From: a virus
Taxonomy: Duplodnaviria > Caudoviricetes
Virus record (IMG/VR): IMGVR_UViG_3300026320_000003
Location: 1 to 50,248 of that record
Length of the DNA stretch: 50,248 bases
Reading direction: 5' to 3' (one strand)
Under the pieces are notes generated by a model, which was not told the origin of the DNA, ran no database searches, and worked only from the letters and a program-made list of their open reading frames with translations. Numbering within the stretch: position 1 is the stretch's first letter; each line of letters starts with the position of its first letter. This document shows positions 9,852-16,543 of this stretch, in pieces. The position numbers were made by a program, and so were the translations under genes.

Positions 9852-10646
9852 ATGAAGCGCTTAGCCTCCTTTGCAATAGTCTTCTTCTTCTTCCTCGTCG
9901 TGCCCACTGATGCTCAATTCCAGCGTGAATGCCGATATGGCTTTTGTAACTCATCTACGACACTCGTATTTGACCCATTTTGGACCAGCGTCAAATTATT
10001 GATGGGTTTCAACGGCTCTAACGGGTCCACTGGCGCCCCAGGTATGACTGACGAGAGTAGTGCCGCACATGGTACAGCTACCGTCGCCGGGGGACCGCAG
10101 ATAAGCACGGCGCAGTCAGTATTTGGAGGGTCGTCCATATTATTTAGTGCAAATGGAAATATTACCTTCCCCGATAGTGCTGACTTTGATTTATCAAACC
10201 AGTCCTTTACACTTGAAATGCGTTTTCGTCCGGCGTCGATAAGTGGAGGTATCTCCTTCTTAATTGATCAGTGGACTAGTCCTAATAATGGCTGGGCGCT
10301 TTATCAGAACAATGCCACCCTTAATTTTGATGGCAGTACGACCGGCTCAAATGATGTTGTCATAATAAGTGTCGCCAGCGCCTTAACCTTGAACACATGG
10401 ATCGCTCTTTGCGTTGATTTCGATGGCACTAAATATCGAATGTACAAAGATGGCGTAATGATTGGTTCTTCGACTTCAACGATGACCTTCTTCAACTCGG
10501 CCAGTGTATTGGATATTGGTAACAATCCAGGGGCTGCTTTTTTTCTCAACGGCAACATCGATGAATTACGATACACCAAAGGCGTCGCACGTTACGCCAG
10601 CGATGGCGGATATACCGTGGCGACAGCGCAATTTCCGCGACAATGA
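9852..10646 (+). CDS. LamG/concanavalin A-like domain protein with signal peptide
   Basis: SVKLLMGFNG, STAQSVFGGSS, FTLEMRF, LNGNIDELRYTKGVARY. Confidence 0.82.
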   Translation: MKRLASFAIVFFFFLVVPTDAQFQRECRYGFCNSSTTLVFDPFWTSVKLLMGFNGSNGSTGAPGMTDESSAAHGTATVAGGPQISTAQSVFGGSSILFSANGNITFPDSADFDLSNQSFTLEMRFRPASISGGISFLIDQWTSPNNGWALYQNNATLNFDGSTTGSNDVVIISVASALTLNTWIALCVDFDGTKYRMYKDGVMIGSSTSTMTFFNSASVLDIGNNPGAAFFLNGNIDELRYTKGVARYASDGGYTVATAQFPRQ

Positions 10647-10665
10647 TCAGGTAGAGGCTGTAACC

Positions 10666-11517
10666 GTGCATCGTGGATTAGTAACTAGACGAGGACTTCT
10701 TCGAGCTGCCGGCTTTGCTGCGCCAGCAATACTACTATCGCATAGCGCCCCGGCACAATTCACCGGTTGCCTGCCAGCATTTTGCTCACGTCCTTCTTTC
10801 ACCCCAGCGATCTCCGGCATAGTTGGCATGTGGGACGCAAGTAATTTCCCAAGCCTTACTCTTAGCGGAGCAGATATCCTCAGCGTCGCTGATGGAAGTG
10901 GTGGCGGTAATACTATGACTCCGGCCGGTAGTGGTCATAAACCACAATACAACGCAACTGGATTTAATTCACGTCCAGCTATGGTCTTTACTGCTACCGA
11001 TCTAGGCGCATTTGAAGCTGCATCGTTCCCTATTGGAACTGGCAATACGCTTACAGTATGGTATGTTGGAACCTTAGCCAATAATGCTTCCCAACCTTTC
11101 GGCCGTTTTATGTCGTATACTAAACCGGCTGCCGCCGCCGACTTCAACAACGTCGGTTCATTTGGGATGACGACAAACTCCGGTTCGCAGACACTAGTAC
11201 AAGTAGCTAATAACAGTGTTTTCGTCACTAATAGCGGCCTAGCCGCCCCTCCCGCAGGACACCGGATAATTGTTACAAAGGACTCCAGTGGAGTTATAAC
11301 AATTTATGTAGACGGTGTTGCGGGTACTCCCGCTACATCTGTCGGTAATTGGGTCAGCGCTGGTTTTGCAAACATTGGTATGCAACATGCTAGCATTGCA
11401 TCTGGAGTTGATTTTATATCAGCAGCAGTAGGCGAATGCGGTATAGCCACAAGCTTTAACAATTCAGCTGCTGTTGCAGCTATCGATGTAGGTCTGAAAA
11501 ACAAATGGGGACTATAA
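10666..11517 (+). CDS. LamG-like protein with Tat-like signal
   Basis: GTG start after GAGG; TRRGLLRAAGFAAPAILL...APA-Q; MWDAS, ADGSGGGN, IYVDG, C-terminal LKNKWGL. Confidence 0.72.
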   Translation: MHRGLVTRRGLLRAAGFAAPAILLSHSAPAQFTGCLPAFCSRPSFTPAISGIVGMWDASNFPSLTLSGADILSVADGSGGGNTMTPAGSGHKPQYNATGFNSRPAMVFTATDLGAFEAASFPIGTGNTLTVWYVGTLANNASQPFGRFMSYTKPAAAADFNNVGSFGMTTNSGSQTLVQVANNSVFVTNSGLAAPPAGHRIIVTKDSSGVITIYVDGVAGTPATSVGNWVSAGFANIGMQHASIASGVDFISAAVGECGIATSFNNSAAVAAIDVGLKNKWGL

Positions 11518-11539
11518 CTCTAACCAAAAGGAAAATCCT

Positions 11540-12055
11540 ATGGCACGATGGAGACTGATCACCGGACACTATCTCAATGTTCTTCTCGACGGCCAATCAG
11601 CCGAATGGGAATACAAAGAGATTGACCGCAACACCGGCAAGCAGGCGAGGAAAATCTTCCCTGTCCCAATGCTTATGGACCCGAACGATCCTGCTGATTG
11701 CAACTACCCAGGCGAAATCATCGTCTGTCATGAAGGCAAAGGCGAACGCCGGGATATCGTCTTCGTCGGCAATCCCACCCCAGATATGGAACCTTATGAC
11801 GAAGAAGCTGAGGCCATCTCTGCCTCCCTTCGCCAGAAGTGGGAGCACCCAATCGAATCTCTTCCAACAACCATGTCTGATGGCGAATCTGCCTTCATGG
11901 CGAAGCTGATGGAGGCAATGGGTCAGGCGAAGCCAGCCGCCAACGCTTCGGTCTCTATTGAACAATACAACGAACTTAAATCCCTCGTCGAAGACCTCAA
12001 GGCCCAACTTGCTACGTCCAAACCCTCTTCCCCTGTCACCGAACGTAGAGTATAA
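11540..12055 (+). CDS. Hypothetical protein ending TERRV
   Basis: AGGA RBS; long ORF within the operon. Confidence 0.75.
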   Translation: MARWRLITGHYLNVLLDGQSAEWEYKEIDRNTGKQARKIFPVPMLMDPNDPADCNYPGEIIVCHEGKGERRDIVFVGNPTPDMEPYDEEAEAISASLRQKWEHPIESLPTTMSDGESAFMAKLMEAMGQAKPAANASVSIEQYNELKSLVEDLKAQLATSKPSSPVTERRV

Positions 12056-12058
12056 CTC

Positions 12059-12448
12059 ATGACAGTCCTCGGAGGCGTAGGTGCATCTCTTGTCTTCTCC
12101 TCGGCCAGTGGAGGTAAAGTCTATGGGTACAACAACGTCTCCGAGTTTGCTACTATAGTCGTAGCCCAAGCCAACCCTTCTCGCCAGTCTATCACCTTCC
12201 ATAATCCTGGCGCGAAGGATATCTTCATTGGCCCAGTAAATATACAGAATGTTCTTGGTACAGCTCCTACTACACCATCGAATGTTCCCTTGGCTCTCAG
12301 CAATGTTGCACTTGGTGGCTGCTTCCGGGTCTACGGCAATGGTGGGGCTTTAGTAATCTCTGGTGAGTGCCAGGGCGCTTGGCAAGCATTTGCCACGAGT
12401 GCTGCGGGGGCTACCAATCCGTTAACGGTTATGGAGTCTAACGTCTGA
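12059..12448 (+). CDS. Putative virion structural/decoration protein
   Basis: ANPSRQSITFHNPG...IFIG beta-sandwich-like motif. Confidence 0.65.
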   Translation: MTVLGGVGASLVFSSASGGKVYGYNNVSEFATIVVAQANPSRQSITFHNPGAKDIFIGPVNIQNVLGTAPTTPSNVPLALSNVALGGCFRVYGNGGALVISGECQGAWQAFATSAAGATNPLTVMESNV

Positions 12449-14055
12449 TGAAACGTGTCCTCCTAGCCTTAGCCCTTCTCTCCACCCTCGCCCTTGGCTC
12501 ATCTGAGGCCCAGAATACTACCTGCTCAGACCGGCCTGCTGGCGATTCCTCTAATGCCTGTGCCAATACTCGGTTCGTTCTAAACAATGGAGGCGGTGGT
12601 GGGGGAACTCCAGGAGGCCTAAACCTCCAAGTCCAATACAACAACGCTGGCGCCTTTGGTGGCCTAACCGATGCGCAGCTAACTGGTAAGATCATAGCCT
12701 TCACCTCTTCCCTCTCTGGAGCAGCTCCAGCCTCAGGCGGTGGTATCTTCAACTTCCTCCGAGCCGATGGCACCTGGGCCTCGCCCGGTAGCGGCTCAAC
12801 TATCGTAGGCACCATAATCCCTTGGGCTGGTGCATCAGTCCCGCCGAAGTATCTCTTAGCCTATGGCCAAGCAGTCAGTCGAGCAACCTATCCTGACCTA
12901 TTAACAACTATAACATTCCAGCCAAGCATAACCTGCACTTCCGGCTCGCCTACCTTTACTGTAGCAACAGCCACCAGCGACCGCGTCCCAATCGGCGCAG
13001 CAGTAGAGGCCTCAGCCTGCTTCACTGCTGGAAAGACAGTGATATCAAAAGCCTCTGGCTCTCTAACCCTAAGTGGCAACGCGATCGCTAGCACCACTAC
13101 CTCTGCTCGCATCTTCCCTTGGGGCAATGGTGACGGATCGACCACCTTTAACCTTCCTGATTTACAAGGCAGAACCCCAGCAGGCCGGGATAATATGAGT
13201 TCTGCTGCTGCTGGGCGATTAACAACTACCTTCTTTGGAGCAAACCCAGACGCCATCGCTGCTGGTGGCGGTAATCAATCTACCACCTTAGCACAAGCCA
13301 ACCTACCCAATATAATCCTAGCCACTAACATCATCGACCCAGGCCACGCGCATAATATAACTGGTTCTACGTCCAATGCTGGTAATGCCGGTATATTAGG
13401 CTCCTTCATATCGCAGATAGGTTCAGGTGGCTCCGGAGTTCTACTTGGGTCCGACGTACCAAATACCACTGGTATCATTGCGAACACCCCACTCGGCGGT
13501 ACCAACACCCCAGCTTCCCGAGTTCAACCAGCTATAACCGTTGACTATATCATTAAAGTCCTTGCTGATGATATCTCCGTTGGTGGTGGTATCACAGTTG
13601 GTTCGACTGTTGTAAACAACGGCTCGACCACCAATGTCCTCTACAATAACGCTGGAGTCCTTGGTGAATATGCCCTCGCCACCCTACCCGACATGTATGC
13701 AGGCACCGCCAACAATAAGCTTGTCACCCCAAGCGTCATTTGGCCAACCGAGACCACTACCACGTTTGGCTCTACCACCACCTTCGACTTCTCCACCTTT
13801 CGAGACACCAAAGTCACTCTCACTGGCAACATCACCACAATGACGGTCTCTAACGTCGTAGTCGGCAAAGCTGGCTCAATTGCTTTCATCCAAGATGGTA
13901 CTGGTAGCCGAACCACCGTTTGGAGTTCAACCTTCAAGTTCGCAGGTGGAACTACCCCAACCCTTACCACTACCGCAGGTGCTGTAGACATCCTATCTTA
14001 TTCCTGCCGAACCTCTACCTTCTGTTACGCTGCAATGATGAATGATGTCAAATAA
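12448..14055 (+). CDS. Tail fibre-like protein with phage tail collar domain and signal peptide
   Basis: VGTIIPWAG..PPKYLLAYGQAVSRATYPDL...GDGSTTFNLPDLQGR collar motif; QVQYNNAGAFGG; C-terminal IQDGTGSRT/TTAGAVDIL. Confidence 0.8.
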   Translation: MKRVLLALALLSTLALGSSEAQNTTCSDRPAGDSSNACANTRFVLNNGGGGGGTPGGLNLQVQYNNAGAFGGLTDAQLTGKIIAFTSSLSGAAPASGGGIFNFLRADGTWASPGSGSTIVGTIIPWAGASVPPKYLLAYGQAVSRATYPDLLTTITFQPSITCTSGSPTFTVATATSDRVPIGAAVEASACFTAGKTVISKASGSLTLSGNAIASTTTSARIFPWGNGDGSTTFNLPDLQGRTPAGRDNMSSAAAGRLTTTFFGANPDAIAAGGGNQSTTLAQANLPNIILATNIIDPGHAHNITGSTSNAGNAGILGSFISQIGSGGSGVLLGSDVPNTTGIIANTPLGGTNTPASRVQPAITVDYIIKVLADDISVGGGITVGSTVVNNGSTTNVLYNNAGVLGEYALATLPDMYAGTANNKLVTPSVIWPTETTTTFGSTTTFDFSTFRDTKVTLTGNITTMTVSNVVVGKAGSIAFIQDGTGSRTTVWSSTFKFAGGTTPTLTTTAGAVDILSYSCRTSTFCYAAMMNDVK

Positions 14056-14066
14056 GGAGAATCCAA

Positions 14067-14222
14067 ATGCCAAGCAAATCCCCAAAGCAAGCTCGAACAA
14101 TGGCAGCCGCCGCCCATAACCCTGCATTCGCCAAGAAGGTTGGTATTCCAACCAAGGTCGCCAAAGAATTCAATCGAGCCGACACTGGCAAGGGCATAAT
14201 CAAGCCCAAGAAGGGCAAGTAA
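14067..14222 (+). CDS. Small basic protein, 51 aa, not in the ORF track
   Basis: AGGAG RBS; MPSKSPKQARTMAAAAHNPAFAKKVGIP... Confidence 0.7.
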   Translation: MPSKSPKQARTMAAAAHNPAFAKKVGIPTKVAKEFNRADTGKGIIKPKKGK

Positions 14223-14593
14223 TGGCCGAACGCTATCCACCTGAGGTATATCTAGAGCGTATATCGCAGGATATAAAGGTTATTCGTGAGTTAGTCTCTT
14301 CTGCTGTCTTCGCTCTTCGAGAAGCCGAAAGCGAAATCCCAGAGAAGATGCGTAGGTTCATTATGTACATGCACGATGTTCATGATATCGTCAATCTCTA
14401 CCACGAAGGAGGACAACAGGTACCTCGTCATGTAATGGCAGAAATGGAACGTTGTGACGATCGCTATCGGCAATTGCTTGAATTAATGCATAGCGATGGC
14501 GGCACCTTCGAAAAGGTCCGACGTGAGATGGCAGATGATCCACTGAACCGCTGGGATCATACTAGACTGCTAACAAAGGAGAAAGGTAAATGA
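14222..14593 (+). CDS. Hypothetical helical protein
   Basis: Coupled ORF. Confidence 0.7.
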   Translation: MAERYPPEVYLERISQDIKVIRELVSSAVFALREAESEIPEKMRRFIMYMHDVHDIVNLYHEGGQQVPRHVMAEMERCDDRYRQLLELMHSDGGTFEKVRREMADDPLNRWDHTRLLTKEKGK

Positions 14594-14793
14594 AACAAGG
14601 ATCAGGACACTCTACCGATTCAGGGCAAAAGCGAGAGCCCATTCCCCATGCCATCCACCCTGGTGGTGCTGCACAGCTTGGCGTGGCTGTGATTAAGAAT
14701 CCAACGCCGTTAGAGGCTGGTCGGGGCTTCTCTGCTCCAAAGCCAGTTGCAACAACCATCCACCATTGTGGATCACAAGGAGAACATAAATGA
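14590..14793 (+). CDS. Small protein ending HHCGSQGEHK
   Basis: RBS and ATGA overlap. Confidence 0.65.
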   Translation: MKQGSGHSTDSGQKREPIPHAIHPGGAAQLGVAVIKNPTPLEAGRGFSAPKPVATTIHHCGSQGEHK

Positions 14794-14957
14794 GTGAAGG
14801 ATTGGACTTCAGTCACATAGCGACCTTATTGATGGTTGCTGAGAAGACCTTAGGCTTCCCAAAGCTTAGGCCAATTCATGATGCGGCTGTGGCTGAGCTT
14901 GAAGCCATGATTGTTGGGGAGCCTGTCGAAGAAGCTGTTGAGGAGGAAGTTGAATGA
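14790..14957 (+). CDS. Small acidic protein, 55 aa, not in the ORF track
   Basis: MSEGLDFSHIATLL...EEEVE*; AGGAG RBS; overlaps both neighbours. Confidence 0.6.
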   Translation: MSEGLDFSHIATLLMVAEKTLGFPKLRPIHDAAVAELEAMIVGEPVEEAVEEEVE

Positions 14958-15151
14958 GTAAGGACACCCTAGACGAGTATGGCTCCGACTCCTACGTCGG
15001 TCAGGCTCCACGTGCTACCAACGGTGGCCACTGTGAGCCAAAGCCAATCCCGTACTCCCCACCTAAGGGCCCAACCAACATTGGCGATCCCAAATCGCCC
15101 GGCCTCCATGGAACCAACCACGGCTGCTGCGGAACCCAAGGGAGACATTAA
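14954..15151 (+). CDS. Small protein ending HGCCGTQGRH
   Basis: GGAGG RBS and ATGA overlap. Confidence 0.65.
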   Translation: MSKDTLDEYGSDSYVGQAPRATNGGHCEPKPIPYSPPKGPTNIGDPKSPGLHGTNHGCCGTQGRH

Positions 15152-15152
15152 G

Positions 15153-15446
15153 ATGCAAGGAATCGGTTGGGCTGTTAAACAGATGCAAGATGGGCATGCT
15201 GTTAGACGTAGTGGTTGGAACGGCAAAGGTATGTTTATATGCCTAATGCCCGAACTGCAATTGCCGCCATTCAATACACAGGATACAAATCGAAAGGTAA
15301 ATGATCGTACAGCTAAATGGATTGGTGAAGATCAATCCTTGAATTGTCGCCCGTACATTGCAATGTACAATGCACAAAAGGAATGGCAACCTGGATGGTT
15401 ATGCTCCCAAGCTGATCTTTTAGCTACTGATTGGGAACTTGTGTAA
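15153..15446 (+). CDS. DUF2829 / Tad2-like protein (putative anti-Thoeris sponge)
   Basis: AVKQMQDGHAVRRSGWNGKGMFI...PYIAM...GWLCSQADLLATDWELV. Confidence 0.8.
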   Translation: MQGIGWAVKQMQDGHAVRRSGWNGKGMFICLMPELQLPPFNTQDTNRKVNDRTAKWIGEDQSLNCRPYIAMYNAQKEWQPGWLCSQADLLATDWELV

Positions 15447-16534
15447 TGACCACCAAAACCGACATCGTTAACCTTGCCTTGCAAGCCTTTGGCTCACGCA
15501 CAACGGTGACCGATGCGGAACTTCTTGCCAACTCCACTAACGAAGCGATACAGGCTAACCTGACCTATAACAACACTCGGGATAGCCTGCTTCGCCTTGC
15601 ACCCTGGGATTGCGGCTTGGCCACTGCTAATCTTGCCTACATCACCTCCATCGCTGGTACTCCAGAGAATACCTCCCCAGCCACCAATCTCTGGCAACCT
15701 GGTCAGCCTCCCCCACCTTGGGCCTATGAATATCAATATCCCAACGACTGCCTCCGTGCCTGTTGGGTTATCCCAGCCCAGAACACTGGCTTTGCAGGCG
15801 GGGTCCCCATCACCACCGCTGTAACCGGTGGGGCGCCTTCGTCTATGCTTGGAGCCCCAGCTCGCTTCAAGGTCCAAGTCGACAAGTTCGTCCCAGTAAC
15901 TGCCGCTGCGGTAGTCTCTGGTGGAGTAGGTTATGCTATTGGTGATATTATTACACTTGCTTCAGGGCCGACAGATTCTCCTCCTTTGGGTGCTCCTGCT
16001 CAGCTTCTCGTTGGGAGTGTGGCTGCTGGTGTTATCACTTCTGTTTCGGTGGTTTCTCAAGTAATCGATGCGAACCCGCCACTTGGTGGCTCCTACTTCG
16101 TTCCGCAAACCAACCCCGTAGCTCAAGGCTCAACTACTGGCTCGGGCTCCGGCGCTACCTTCAATCTAACCTTCGGCCCTCAAGCCTCCCAACGTGTCAT
16201 CCTCTGCAATCAAGAATTCGCCACCCTCGCCTACGTTCGCCAAATAACCGACCCCAACATCTGGGACCCGATGTTTCAAGATGCCATGGCGAATAAGCTC
16301 GGCGCTGATATCGTCATGGGCCTTACTGGCGACAAGCCTCTCGCTAATATGCTTATCCAACTCGCCAATCTATCCATCACCGAAGCCCGTAAGGTTGATG
16401 GTAATGAAGGCCTTACCGTCAACGACGCCACGCCAGATTGGATTCGCGTTCGAGGCATCTGGTGGACGGATGGTTTCCAATCTGGACCCTATAACGCATT
16501 CGATTGGGGAGGCCTACTCCCGACTTTCTTTTAA
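15446..16534 (+). CDS. Tail tubular protein A (adaptor) with inserted beta domain
   Basis: DIVNLALQAFG, RDSLLRLAPW, WAYEYQYPNDCLR, WDPMFQDAM, PDWIRVRG. Confidence 0.8.
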   Translation: MTTKTDIVNLALQAFGSRTTVTDAELLANSTNEAIQANLTYNNTRDSLLRLAPWDCGLATANLAYITSIAGTPENTSPATNLWQPGQPPPPWAYEYQYPNDCLRACWVIPAQNTGFAGGVPITTAVTGGAPSSMLGAPARFKVQVDKFVPVTAAAVVSGGVGYAIGDIITLASGPTDSPPLGAPAQLLVGSVAAGVITSVSVVSQVIDANPPLGGSYFVPQTNPVAQGSTTGSGSGATFNLTFGPQASQRVILCNQEFATLAYVRQITDPNIWDPMFQDAMANKLGADIVMGLTGDKPLANMLIQLANLSITEARKVDGNEGLTVNDATPDWIRVRGIWWTDGFQSGPYNAFDWGGLLPTFF

Positions 16535-16543
16535 GGATCACCT

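Noticed and set aside
7264-14055. BPP-1-type diversity-generating retroelement
   Set aside because: Despite BPP-1-like head genes, I saw no reverse transcriptase and no TR/VR repeat pair
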